DNA of 64,000 nucleotides from an uncultured Candidatus Saccharibacteria bacterium. Its GTDB lineage: Bacteria; Patescibacteriota; Minisyncoccia; UBA6257; Colwellbacteraceae. The stretch lies in contig CAZSQQ010000001.1 of the NCBI GenBank assembly GCA_964609135.1, forward strand, positions 56,673 to 120,672, read 5' to 3'. Position numbers and translations under genes: made by a program. Below, piece after piece: positions 54,958 to 64,000 of the stretch. Under the pieces are notes generated by a model, which searched no databases, was not told where the DNA came from, and saw nothing but the letters and a program-made list of their open reading frames with translations. Positions within the stretch are counted from its first letter, which is position 1; the number at the start of each line of letters is the position of its first letter.

Positions 54958-55788
54958 TTACAAAGTGGTAATGGGCCTCGATTGAAGTATATAGATGTTC
55001 TCTTTCTCCAAAGCCCATTCTATATCTTGCGGTGAACCGTAATGATTTTCAATCTTTAGAGCCAATTTAGCCAATTCTATAACCTGATCATCATCTAGGG
55101 CCTGCTCACTCTTTTTATCGTCCGGTACTTCCACTTCTTTTGTCTCACCATTTTTAAAAATCATCATTGTCTCCTGGGTTTTAATGTCACTGTTTTTTAT
55201 CTCCAGCGTTTTCTTATCAACGACAAAACTGTCTGGAGTAATCATCCCCTGGACCATCATTTCTCCCAAGCCGAAGCCGGCCTCAATCATCAACTCGTTC
55301 TCATCTTTTGTAATGGGGTTTACCGTAAAGACAACTCCGGAAACCTCACTATCAATCATTTTTTGAACTACTACAGCTACCGCCAACTGGTCTTCGCTAA
55401 CATTCTTGTCCTCCGCATAGGCCAGAGCTCCTTTAGATTTAATCGAGTTACAGCAATCCTTTATTCTGTTAATCAAATCTTCCCTGGTTACGTTTAAATA
55501 TGTCTCGAGTTGTCCCGCCCAAGAGGCTGACGAGGAATCTTCAGCCACTGCCGAAGATCTAACTGCAACTCTTTCTGCCCCTAACTTGTCAAAGGCGCTT
55601 AGAATCTCTGCTCTAAGAGCCTCATCGACGGAGTCATATGCGAACTTCCTAAAAACATCGGTGGTAACAATAAAACCAGGGGGCACCGGAATGCCAGCCC
55701 TAGTTAACTCGCCCAGCGACGCCCCCTTACCGCCTACGAGAGAGCTATCGCTCAAACTTACCTCTTCGAATCGGAGCAGGTTTGCCAT
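54958..55788 (-). CDS. stand-alone PEP synthase/PPDK N-terminal ATP-binding (ATP-grasp) domain protein
   Basis: LVGGKGASLGEL...GIPVPPGFIVTTDVF ... PQDIEWA...IYILQSRPIT; 276 aa with no swivel or PEP-utilizers_C domain. Confidence 0.75.
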   Translation of the reverse strand: MANLLRFEEVSLSDSSLVGGKGASLGELTRAGIPVPPGFIVTTDVFRKFAYDSVDEALRAEILSAFDKLGAERVAVRSSAVAEDSSSASWAGQLETYLNVTREDLINRIKDCCNSIKSKGALAYAEDKNVSEDQLAVAVVVQKMIDSEVSGVVFTVNPITKDENELMIEAGFGLGEMMVQGMITPDSFVVDKKTLEIKNSDIKTQETMMIFKNGETKEVEVPDDKKSEQALDDDQVIELAKLALKIENHYGSPQDIEWALEKENIYILQSRPITTL

Positions 55789-56635
55789 GACGTGCGACGG
55801 GCAATTTGTATTCTTTACCCTTGATTGTAGTCTCGGTCACTCCACTAGAATCAACAGCGATTCCTATGCCTTCATTATAACCGGCAGAAAAATCTTCTTC
55901 CGGGGCTCCGACAACTCTTTGAACAAAGGGGTCTAGGCCATCGCCGTGAGTTACCATCCAAACGGCTAATTTTCTGCCGGGGTGTTGGCGATGATAAAAT
56001 TCGGCAAACCTAGCGGCGACATTTACGCCCTCATTGACCCTGGTGGCAATCTGGTCTGGGCCTTCGGCCCCTAATTCTTCTCTTTTTTCTCGATAAGTAT
56101 CCCTATTAAAAGCTTGCCAAAAGGCTGGCGGCTGCTTACCGCCGAACTGACCTCGCAAAAATTTCGCAAATTCAGGAACTTGAAACATCAATCCTTCACC
56201 TAACTTAACATCCGGTCGAGAAACGTTACCCTTAAATCTCCCTGAGTTATTTAGAAGTTGACCCTCTGGAAGACCCAATTCCTTAAGTTTTTTAGAGATC
56301 TCTCCAGCTATAATTTCGGCTGTTTCTCTGGCTCTTTGTCCCAGCCTTTCATCATCCAGCCAAAAGGTTGGGCTGTTGAGTATCAAAAAGTCTTTGGTTT
56401 CTGGATGTTCTTCTAAAATGGCGGCAATCCTCTCGTCAGCCCTCTTTCTCGCTTCCTCAATTCCCTCTGCCGTAAGGTGGCCGTAAGCTCTTTCCTCTTC
56501 AGTCAAATTGTCTGGATCAGCCGGCCGGCGGTTATCGTATCTGCCATGCCTTTGGAGAACTATCAAAGTCTCCCAATCCTCACGAGGTATTTCCGGAGCG
56601 ACAACTTGTTCTGGTACACCTTCAAATTTATCCAT
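55745..56635 (-). CDS. histidine-phosphatase-superfamily (phosphoglycerate-mutase-fold) protein
   Basis: RHG motif (LQRHGRY) and second His (VTHGDG); 44-nt overlap with downstream gene. Confidence 0.5.
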   Translation of the reverse strand: MDKFEGVPEQVVAPEIPREDWETLIVLQRHGRYDNRRPADPDNLTEEERAYGHLTAEGIEEARKRADERIAAILEEHPETKDFLILNSPTFWLDDERLGQRARETAEIIAGEISKKLKELGLPEGQLLNNSGRFKGNVSRPDVKLGEGLMFQVPEFAKFLRGQFGGKQPPAFWQAFNRDTYREKREELGAEGPDQIATRVNEGVNVAARFAEFYHRQHPGRKLAVWMVTHGDGLDPFVQRVVGAPEEDFSAGYNEGIGIAVDSSGVTETTIKGKEYKLPVARHGKPAPIRRGKFER

Positions 56636-56662
56636 ATTCCAAAAAGGATAATGCTATAAACA

Positions 56663-57805
56663 CTATAAAGTGTCAAGACTAAAGGGTGTTGGATCTATAG
56701 TAAACACTTTATTTTTCAACTCCATCGGCAAATACCAAACCAACTGGTAGAACATACCAGCATGACCGGTTTTAGCCAACGGAACGTTGGGAGAAACGAT
56801 GGCTCTAACTTTATCGTGAATGCCAAACCATAACGGCAACAGCGTAGGATCCAGTGCGCCCATAATGTCCTTATACATCGAGAAATTTCGCGCCTGTTCG
56901 TATGATAAGATGAATAACTCGTATTCTTCTTGAGTTAGTTTCTCTTTGGCTTGCTCCTTCAAAGATTCAATACGAGATTTCATTTCCTCATATCTTTTCA
57001 CGAGAGATTCGTTTTCACCCCGAAATTCAACCGCGTGAGTTAACATATTGTAAAGTGGCAACATAGAATCACGCATTCTGGTTTGTTCCAACGGTACAGA
57101 CAATTCTTTTTTAAAAGAAGCACTATCGGGGTCCGTTTCATCATTTATTACCTCCTGAATTATTTTGGCTATTTTATTCCAAAGAACGTTAATTTCACTA
57201 GTATTTTTGTGAGTGTGGGCATCTATAAGCATAGTTATCTCGGCAACTGGGTCCTTAGTTTTGGGGTTGTTTGCAAGTAAATGAACAAGTTTTACGCCGC
57301 TTAAGGCCTGACGAAGATATAAGTCGGCATACTCGCTCTGTAGCAGGTCTCGCTGCACGCGAACAACTCGCCCCTCAAAATCCTCTACGTCTTCAGTCGC
57401 ATCAATAAACTTACGTATCAAATTTTTAAGGTTATCAACATAAAAGTCGTGCAGTGGGCCATCAGCAAATAAGTAATTGACTACCCAAAAACGATAACAG
57501 AACAGTTTATTGAATCTCTGATCTGTGTTAACCAAAAACTCCAGATTTTTCTGATCTCCGCTCTCGTAATCCTTTTTAATCTTATCGAATCCGGCAAACA
57601 ACTCGTCGTGTGCCCAATCTCCGTATTCTTGATATTTCTTAGAATCCGCACCAACCTTTTGAGCAATTTCTTCAAAATACGGCACAATGGGAGGAAACTT
57701 TCTAGGGTAAGTAAACATAAACCCCTCGATGTCATTGGGTATATATCTAGGAAACTTTAATAATTGCTCGTCAATCTTCATAAATGTAACCATCATTACC
57801 GTCAA
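56663..57805 (-). CDS. hypothetical protein (operon partner of GHKL/PEP-swivel protein)
   Basis: 380 aa, no recognised motif; 35-nt overlap with upstream gene. Confidence 0.4.
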   Translation of the reverse strand: MTVMMVTFMKIDEQLLKFPRYIPNDIEGFMFTYPRKFPPIVPYFEEIAQKVGADSKKYQEYGDWAHDELFAGFDKIKKDYESGDQKNLEFLVNTDQRFNKLFCYRFWVVNYLFADGPLHDFYVDNLKNLIRKFIDATEDVEDFEGRVVRVQRDLLQSEYADLYLRQALSGVKLVHLLANNPKTKDPVAEITMLIDAHTHKNTSEINVLWNKIAKIIQEVINDETDPDSASFKKELSVPLEQTRMRDSMLPLYNMLTHAVEFRGENESLVKRYEEMKSRIESLKEQAKEKLTQEEYELFILSYEQARNFSMYKDIMGALDPTLLPLWFGIHDKVRAIVSPNVPLAKTGHAGMFYQLVWYLPMELKNKVFTIDPTPFSLDTL

Positions 57806-59039
57806 GAATTACCCGTTGGCCGTCACGCAATAGAGCTGTGGCGGTCTGTGTGCCGACGACTGCGGGTATATTAAACTCTCTAGCCACAATTGCCGCATGG
57901 CATAAATTGCCACCCAAATCAGTAATTATTCCGCCAGCACGTCTAATGGCTAACAAAAAGTGCGGTCGCGTCATTGCTGTTACAATAATATCGCCGCGTT
58001 CTACCCGAGCCATTTCCTTTTCCATATCGCCAGACATAAACATATTTACTTGCCGAACCGTGCCAATCACTTTACCGGCTGAGGCCGGGTAACCACTCAG
58101 AACTCTTTTGGGCTTCTTCTCAAATGGCTTGAAATACTCCCGCATCGTTTCCTCTAGCTCCTTGTACTGATCGGATGATTTTAACCAGCCTTTCTTATCG
58201 TGGGTAATGGGTATGCCTTCAATGTGTAAATCACCGATAATTTGCTTGATATCTTGGTTGGGAGTAAGTCCTATTTTATCGTAGGTAGTAACCAATCGAC
58301 CGCGGCGATAATTATGGAAACCGTAATAACTCTTATTGAGCCCACTTAGTTGGTAACCCCACCATCCCCAAGCCTTACCTCCCTTAAATTCAAAAGCAAA
58401 ATCGTTCTTTTTATCGTCAATAATCTTGGGAACAAACGGCGGACAAACTTCCCCATTGAAAATCAATTCCAGTTCGCCATTTTGAACGAATGGACCGAAC
58501 CTCAAACCAAATTCTTCTTTTATGTTGCTCAATAATTTCTCGGAAAGTTTAACTTTCAACCGCCTAATAATCACTGCCGTCCCACTTTTCTCGGGATCCA
58601 CGCCTCGATTGATAACAAACGGATATTTATACCAGTCTCCGCTCTCCAGCCAATGGTCTTCGTCATACTCCATAACATATTCTTCCTCGGAATTCCTAGG
58701 GCTAGTTATTAAAGTAAATCCTTTCCCCAAAAATGATGTCGAGGTCTTGAGTCCCAGACCAAATTCTCCCAGTTGAGCTTTCTTCTCCGAAAACCCCAAT
58801 CTGATGGATTTGGCGGCTTGCTCCTCGGTCATACCTCTGCCGTTGTCCATCACGGTTATAAGATCAGGAGTTATATCCACAGAAACGCTCAACTTCTCGT
58901 TGGCCAAACGGGCATCTATGGAGTTGTCGATGAGCTCTGACAAGGCCTCCTGAATGGAATAGCCTGTCTGGCTAATCTTGGTCATAATGCTCCGGTGGGG
59001 AGATATGTCTATGTATTTGGTAGTAGATTTATCCGCCAT
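57771..59039 (-). CDS. GHKL (MORC/HATPase_c-like) ATPase fused to PEP-utilising-enzyme mobile phospho-histidine domain
   Basis: Bergerat N-box ELIDNSIDA, G1 DNGRGM, G2 GEFGLGLKTS; C-terminal GGNLCHAAIVAREFNIPAVVG (swivel His). Confidence 0.65.
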   Translation of the reverse strand: MADKSTTKYIDISPHRSIMTKISQTGYSIQEALSELIDNSIDARLANEKLSVSVDITPDLITVMDNGRGMTEEQAAKSIRLGFSEKKAQLGEFGLGLKTSTSFLGKGFTLITSPRNSEEEYVMEYDEDHWLESGDWYKYPFVINRGVDPEKSGTAVIIRRLKVKLSEKLLSNIKEEFGLRFGPFVQNGELELIFNGEVCPPFVPKIIDDKKNDFAFEFKGGKAWGWWGYQLSGLNKSYYGFHNYRRGRLVTTYDKIGLTPNQDIKQIIGDLHIEGIPITHDKKGWLKSSDQYKELEETMREYFKPFEKKPKRVLSGYPASAGKVIGTVRQVNMFMSGDMEKEMARVERGDIIVTAMTRPHFLLAIRRAGGIITDLGGNLCHAAIVAREFNIPAVVGTQTATALLRDGQRVILDGNDGYIYED

Positions 59040-59069
59040 ACTAGAAGTGTAGAATTTTGTTATTTATTT

Positions 59070-60422
59070 TCAAGTGTTTCCCATAAAACCACTGTTTCTT
59101 AACTTCTTGTGGTAGGTGATCGCGAACCGGTGAGCTTCGTCGCGAACTCGAATCAAAACTTTTTTGGTGACGCCCTTGGGAATAGAACCTACAAACCTGT
59201 TTGCTTTCCTATCCGGACCCTTGGCGATCCCGACAGTAGGAATTCTCAAACCCGATTCTAACAAGACCTGTTTAGCCGCGTTCACCTGCCCCATTCCCCC
59301 ATCAACCAAAATCACGTCAGGCAAAGGCCAGGGATTGTGAAACCGGCGGCGCAAAACCTCTTTTAACATTCCCACGTCATTCGCTCCTATTATTGTCTTG
59401 ATCCTGAACTTACGATACTCACCCTTGTCGGGCCGGCCGTCTTTAAAGACAACCATAGAACCCACGGCATAATTGCCAGAGATGTTAGAGATGTCATACC
59501 CTTCGACGCGGCTCAGGGCGAGCCCTCCTCTGCGGCTCAGGGCGAGCCCTCCTCTGCGGCTACCCTCGGCCTGAGGACATTCGACCGAGCTCAGTCGAGG
59601 GCCTCGGGTCGAAGGCAGGGCAGGCCCCTCCACAATTTCTGGCTCGGTAATTAGGGCTATGTCCTGGATGTGCTGAAGAGCAAAAATCTGACCTCGGAAC
59701 TTCACCGCCTCTTCGAATTCCAAACTTTTACTCGCCTTCTTCATATCTTTCTCCAAAGACTTCAAAATCTGTTTTTTCTTGCCGTTAAAGAAAAGTTTTA
59801 TGTTTCTTATATTTTTCAGATAAGTTTTTCTATCGATTGCGCCAATGCAGGTGCCAGGGCAAAGCTTAATTTCATATTCAAAGCATCCCTTGGAAAACTT
59901 GCCTACCCTTCCTGGTTGATGAATGCTGAAAGGAAATATCCTTCTAATTATCTTTAAGGCGTCGCGGATGCTGGTCGCGGAAGTAAAAGGACCGAACCCT
60001 TCGACGCGGCTCAGGGCAGGCCCTCCGGCGCGGCTCAGTGCAAGTCTTTTCTCCTTACTCGTAGCAAGCTCTTTTCCCCGCACAAGCAATACGCGCGGGA
60101 ACTTATCTTTGGTAATCTCTACGTAAAGAAAACTTTTGTCATCCTTTTCCCGGACGTTATAGGGCGGACGACGTTTTTTAATAAGCTCGGCTTCCAAAAT
60201 CAGCGCCTCAATTGCAGTATCAGTTTTCTTGTAATCAATTTTCGCAATTTCACTTACCAACTTCTCCGTTTTCCAATCGCCGGAGCGCAAAAAATAACTG
60301 GAGACTCTCCGTTTCAAGTTTCCCGCTTTCCCGACATAAAGAATGCTCCCCCGCTTATCCTTCATGAGATATATGCCTGGGGTGTCCGGAAGATTTTTGT
60401 ATAAATTCTCCTTACTTTTCAC
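59070..60422 (-). CDS. uvrC: excinuclease ABC subunit C-like (GIY-YIG N-terminus, RNase-H-like C-region), with in-frame GC-rich repeat insertions
   Basis: GIY-YIG GIYLMKD...ILYVGKAGNLKRRV; C-terminal ILVDGGMGQVNAA; inserts encode ALSRVEG-type repeats. Confidence 0.7.
   Translation of the reverse strand: MKSKENLYKNLPDTPGIYLMKDKRGSILYVGKAGNLKRRVSSYFLRSGDWKTEKLVSEIAKIDYKKTDTAIEALILEAELIKKRRPPYNVREKDDKSFLYVEITKDKFPRVLLVRGKELATSKEKRLALSRAGGPALSRVEGFGPFTSATSIRDALKIIRRIFPFSIHQPGRVGKFSKGCFEYEIKLCPGTCIGAIDRKTYLKNIRNIKLFFNGKKKQILKSLEKDMKKASKSLEFEEAVKFRGQIFALQHIQDIALITEPEIVEGPALPSTRGPRLSSVECPQAEGSRRGGLALSRRGGLALSRVEGYDISNISGNYAVGSMVVFKDGRPDKGEYRKFRIKTIIGANDVGMLKEVLRRRFHNPWPLPDVILVDGGMGQVNAAKQVLLESGLRIPTVGIAKGPDRKANRFVGSIPKGVTKKVLIRVRDEAHRFAITYHKKLRNSGFMGNT
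59501..59630. repeat. GC-rich repeat block inside uvrC (tandem GCGGCTCAGGGCGAGCCCTCCTCT x2 plus palindromic tail)
   Basis: Tandem 24-mers at 59508-59555; the tail CCTGAGGACATTCGACCGAGCTCAGTCGAGG is an inverted match to 48264-48293. Confidence 0.65.
59998..60044. repeat. second GC-rich repeat inside uvrC
   Basis: CCTTCGACGCGGCTCAGGGCAGGCCCTCCGGCGCGGCTCAG, same family as 59501-59630. Confidence 0.6.
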
Positions 60423-60505
60423 GGTAAGCTATTATAACACGATTGCTTTGACATTTCCTTTAAATTCTTGTATACAATAGTTGACGTCCTCAAGAAAGGA
60501 GTGTC

Positions 60506-60901
60506 TTGGGCGTGATAAGCTCTCTAACAAGTTGGCCGTTGGGCCACAATGAGCGTAGGCGTCGCTTTCGATCGGCGCGTCGCGTCTTTGGGATCCTTCA
60601 CCGAGCCAAAGCTCAAGGACTCCTTCGCGACGTGAAAAAGGTCAGGCGAGATGGTTGGCAGAGCCGTTTCGTGGACGTTGGCGTCATCGTCGTTATCGAC
60701 CATGACGGCGTTCACTATGAGCTCCGCGTTATCAACTCTACGATCCTTGCCGTCGTCAAAAGATTCTCCGGAACACCAATGGTGCTAGTCGGGGACGGAG
60801 AATCCAGCGAGGAGACTCTCGCAAAACTCGTAAAGATCATCCCGCCCATAAAGGGCGTGAGGCTAAGGAGGAAAGCACCGAATAAGACGCGGCTTAACTA
60901 A
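60506..60901 (+). CDS. hypothetical protein
   Basis: 131-aa ORF, relatively GC-rich; no motif; start uncertain. Confidence 0.25.
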   Translation: MGVISSLTSWPLGHNERRRRFRSARRVFGILHRAKAQGLLRDVKKVRRDGWQSRFVDVGVIVVIDHDGVHYELRVINSTILAVVKRFSGTPMVLVGDGESSEETLAKLVKIIPPIKGVRLRRKAPNKTRLN

Positions 60902-60960
60902 GCACAAATGCTCAAGGAAACACCAAGGCCGGCCTCTCGAGAGGCCGGCCTAACTCATTT

Positions 60961-63489
60961 TTACGATTTATTTTTAAGAACTTTCCTCAAATATGCTCCC
61001 GTAAAACTCTTGGGATTTTTACTCACGTCTTCGGGAGTTCCCGTTGCGACAACCCTTCCGCCCTTATCCCCGCCCTCCGGCCCCAAATCGATAATCCAGT
61101 CGGCGGTTTTAATAACATCTAAGTTGTGTTCGATAACGACAACCGTGTTACCTCGATCTACAAGCTTCTGCAGAACTTCAAGCAGTTTCCGGACATCATG
61201 AAAGTGAAGACCGGTTGTCGGTTCATCCAGAAGATACAAAGTCCGCCGAGTATCTCGCTTACCCAACTCCGAAGAGAGTTTTACCCTTTGTGCTTCGCCT
61301 CCCGACAGGGTCGTTGCCGACTGTCCCAGTTCCAAATATCCCAAGCCTACCTCATCCAGAATCTTAAGTTTCTCGTGAAGCCACGGGATATCTTCGAAGA
61401 ACTTTACCGCCTCTTCTACCGTCATTTGCAACACCTCATAAATATTTTTGCCGTGATATTCAACTTCCAAAGTCTCCCTATCAAATCTCTTGCCGTGACA
61501 GATATCGCAGGTTACAAAAACGGTCGGCAGGAAATGCATTTCAATCGCAATGTAGCCGTGGCCCTCGCAGTTGTCACATCGGCCGCCCTTAACGTTGAAA
61601 CTGAATCGTCCCGGCTTCCAGCCGCGAACCCGCGCGTCTTCCGTTCCGGAAAATAAATCGCGGATGTGAGTCCACGCGCCAACGTAAGTCGCGGGGTTAG
61701 AACGAGGCGTGCGGCCTATCGGCGACTGGTCAATATCAATGACGCGATTGATGTATTCAACTCCTGAAATTGATTTAGCGGGGCCAACCTTGTAATCGGC
61801 ATGATTAAGCCTATTGGCGAGCGCCTTATATATCACATCAACGACAAGCGTGCTCTTGCCGGAACCGGAAACCCCGGTGACAGCGGTAAGGCGCCGCAGG
61901 GGGATATCCAAATTAATATTCTGCAGGTTGTTCGCGGTAACCCCCCTTAATTTCAACGAATCCATTGGGATTTTTACCTTTCTCCGTGTTTCAGGGACAG
62001 GAATCTTCATCGCGCCGCTCAAGTATTTCAAAGTGAGCGAATCAGACCTCTTATCCCTAAATAACTCGGGGAGGGATCCTCCAGTCACGATCTTCCCTCC
62101 GTGAACTCCGGCTGCCGGGCCAAAATCAACAAGGTAATCGCTCTCACGGATAGTTTCCTCATCGTGCTCCACAACCACAATTGTATTTCCCAAATCCCTT
62201 AGCTCGTGAAGGGTTTTTATTAGTTTGGCATTATCACGCTGGTGGAGACCGATGGTCGGCTCATCAAGAATATAAAGAGTCCCCACCAGTCGCGAACCGA
62301 TCTGTGAAGCGAGCCTGATTCTCTGCGATTCTCCGCCGGATAAACTTCCCGCCTTCCTGTCCAGGGTGAGATAATCCAAGCCCACGTCAATCATGAATTT
62401 CAGACGGTTTTTGATTTCTTTCAGGGGGACTTCGGCAATTTCCTTGTTTTTAACGGTGAGCTTGCCAGTCAAGGATTCAAAAAACCTCTGCGCCTCATCA
62501 ATAGATACGGAGGTAATCTCGGTGATGTTCTTGTTGTTAATTAAAACATTCAGGGATTCCGGTCTAAGACGTCTCCCGCGGCAGACTTCACAGATTTTTT
62601 CAGACCAGACGCTTTCCGTTCCCAAACCGTGACATTCCAGACAGGCTCCGTAAGGACTGTTGAAGGAAAATAGCCTGGGTTCAATCTCCGGGAAGGCAAA
62701 ATTATCCCGCGGACAGGAAAATTTGGCAGAGAAACTCACCTCTCTTTTATCAACAATCACAGTTGCCACATCTTGACCGTGCTTCAAGGCGGATTCAACC
62801 GCTTCGCTTAAACGCAAACGATTTTCCTTGTCGGTGAAATCCGTTTTTATTGGGATTCTATCCAAAACCAGCTCAATCGTATGCTGTTTGTATCTGTGAA
62901 GTTCGATACGTTCTCTAAGCGAGTGGAATTTACCGTCAACTCTCGCTTCCCTGAAACCGGAACCCAATAAATCATAAAGAAGCTGGTAGTATTCGCCTTT
63001 CCTGCCGCGAACAATCGGCGCCATTACGACGAGCTCTTTCGCGCTCTCACTTTCGCCGGCCAAGGCAATAATCGCATCCACAATCTCGGCCAAGGTCATT
63101 TTCCTGATTTCCTCACCGCACTCGGGGCAGAAAGGTTTGCCGACTCTCGCGAAAAGAACTCTCAAATAGTCGTAAATTTCGGTGATGGTTGCAACGGTTG
63201 ACCGAGGGTTTGAAGAATGCGCTTTCTGATCAATCGAAATCGCGGGAGAAAGTCCCTCAATTTCATCAACGTCAGGCTTATCAAGACGCCCCAGGAACTG
63301 CCGGGCATAAGCGGAGAGGGATTCGATATAGCGCCTCTGGCCTTCGGCGAAGATGGTATCAAATGCCAAACTGGATTTCCCGGAACCTGAAAGGCCGGTA
63401 AAAACGATCATCTTGTTTCTCGGGAGTTCGAGGTTAATATTCTTCAAGTTGTGCTCGCGGGCGCCTTTGATAACAATCTTATTTTGCAT
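60961..63489 (-). CDS. uvrA: excinuclease ABC subunit A
   Basis: Two ABC modules ([10 protein letters not shown]; [10 protein letters not shown]), zinc-finger Cys pairs; 842 aa. Confidence 0.9.
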   Translation of the reverse strand: MQNKIVIKGAREHNLKNINLELPRNKMIVFTGLSGSGKSSLAFDTIFAEGQRRYIESLSAYARQFLGRLDKPDVDEIEGLSPAISIDQKAHSSNPRSTVATITEIYDYLRVLFARVGKPFCPECGEEIRKMTLAEIVDAIIALAGESESAKELVVMAPIVRGRKGEYYQLLYDLLGSGFREARVDGKFHSLRERIELHRYKQHTIELVLDRIPIKTDFTDKENRLRLSEAVESALKHGQDVATVIVDKREVSFSAKFSCPRDNFAFPEIEPRLFSFNSPYGACLECHGLGTESVWSEKICEVCRGRRLRPESLNVLINNKNITEITSVSIDEAQRFFESLTGKLTVKNKEIAEVPLKEIKNRLKFMIDVGLDYLTLDRKAGSLSGGESQRIRLASQIGSRLVGTLYILDEPTIGLHQRDNAKLIKTLHELRDLGNTIVVVEHDEETIRESDYLVDFGPAAGVHGGKIVTGGSLPELFRDKRSDSLTLKYLSGAMKIPVPETRRKVKIPMDSLKLRGVTANNLQNINLDIPLRRLTAVTGVSGSGKSTLVVDVIYKALANRLNHADYKVGPAKSISGVEYINRVIDIDQSPIGRTPRSNPATYVGAWTHIRDLFSGTEDARVRGWKPGRFSFNVKGGRCDNCEGHGYIAIEMHFLPTVFVTCDICHGKRFDRETLEVEYHGKNIYEVLQMTVEEAVKFFEDIPWLHEKLKILDEVGLGYLELGQSATTLSGGEAQRVKLSSELGKRDTRRTLYLLDEPTTGLHFHDVRKLLEVLQKLVDRGNTVVVIEHNLDVIKTADWIIDLGPEGGDKGGRVVATGTPEDVSKNPKSFTGAYLRKVLKNKS

Positions 63490-64000
63490 GGGTTTTTCTG
63501 CTTAATTCTCTGATTTCGTCCCTTAATATCGCCGCCAACTCGAAATCCAACCTCCCAGCAGCTTCCTTCATTTCTCTTTCCTTTTCTCTAAGCAGTTTAT
63601 TAATCGACGTTCGAGATTTGGGAATCGGCTTCATCTCCAACCTCAAAACTTCTTCAACCGGCAGGATGTCGGAAATGTCTTTTTTAATGGTCGTGGGCGT
63701 AATGTGGCGTTTCTTGTTATATTCAAGCTGAATTTTTCTCCGCCTGTTCGTCTCGCCGACCGCGCGCTCTATGGAACCGGTGATGTGATCGGCGTAAATC
63801 AGAACCTGTCCCTTAACATTTCTTGCAGCCCGACCGATAGTTTGGATTAGTGAAGTTTCACTTCTCAAGAATCCTTCTTTATCAGCATCCAAAATCGCAA
63901 CAAGAGATACCTCCGGCAAATCCAAGCCTTCTCTTAAGAGATTTACGCCTACCAGAACATCAAAACTCCCCCTCCTTAAAGCAGTCAAAATCTTAATGCG
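63479..64000 (-). CDS. uvrB: excinuclease ABC subunit B (C-terminal part; gene continues beyond window end)
   Basis: Helicase motif [11 protein letters not shown] and C-terminal UvrB/UvrC-interaction helix ([11 protein letters not shown]); 11-nt overlap with uvrA. Confidence 0.85.
   Translation of the reverse strand, partial: RIKILTALRRGSFDVLVGVNLLREGLDLPEVSLVAILDADKEGFLRSETSLIQTIGRAARNVKGQVLIYADHITGSIERAVGETNRRRKIQLEYNKKRHITPTTIKKDISDILPVEEVLRLEMKPIPKSRTSINKLLREKEREMKEAAGRLDFELAAILRDEIRELSRKTHAK

Overview
This 64 kb window looks like a Patescibacteria/CPR-like chromosome segment. The background is AT-rich (about 40% GC by eye), with tightly packed, often overlapping small genes and tRNAs without an encoded CCA. 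Housekeeping content includes ftsE/ftsX, prfB with the canonical +1 frameshift site, lepA, secA, hpf, pepA, ychF, nth, dinB and the uvrC/uvrA/uvrB cluster. There is a large thiol-disulfide redox cluster, a small surface-glycan cluster, many DNA-sanitising enzymes, a fragmented guaB (IMPDH) pseudogene, and tRNA-Thr(CGU) and tRNA-Gly(CCC). The most unusual findings are these: (1) Compact GC-rich palindromic repeats, about 60-65% GC against the AT-rich background. Several copies sit in-frame inside dinB and uvrC and others are intergenic. (2) Two GC-rich islands that look like foreign DNA. One holds tdk-thyA-folA; the other holds two small membrane proteins. (3) A low-GC island that carries a DNA methyltransferase, a putative restriction enzyme and two unknown genes. 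(4) A four-gene, translationally coupled operon. It encodes a PPDK_N ATP-binding protein, a histidine-phosphatase-fold protein, an unknown protein, and a GHKL-ATPase fused to a PEP-utilising phospho-His swivel domain. This is the best candidate for an undescribed split phosphotransfer system. (5) Several small Cys-rich or zinc-ribbon proteins under 60 aa, including one duplicated pair. (6) A tRNA-like element with a perfect T-arm but no recognisable acceptor stem, abutting one copy of that pair. All calls are from reading the sequence by eye, with no searches run.
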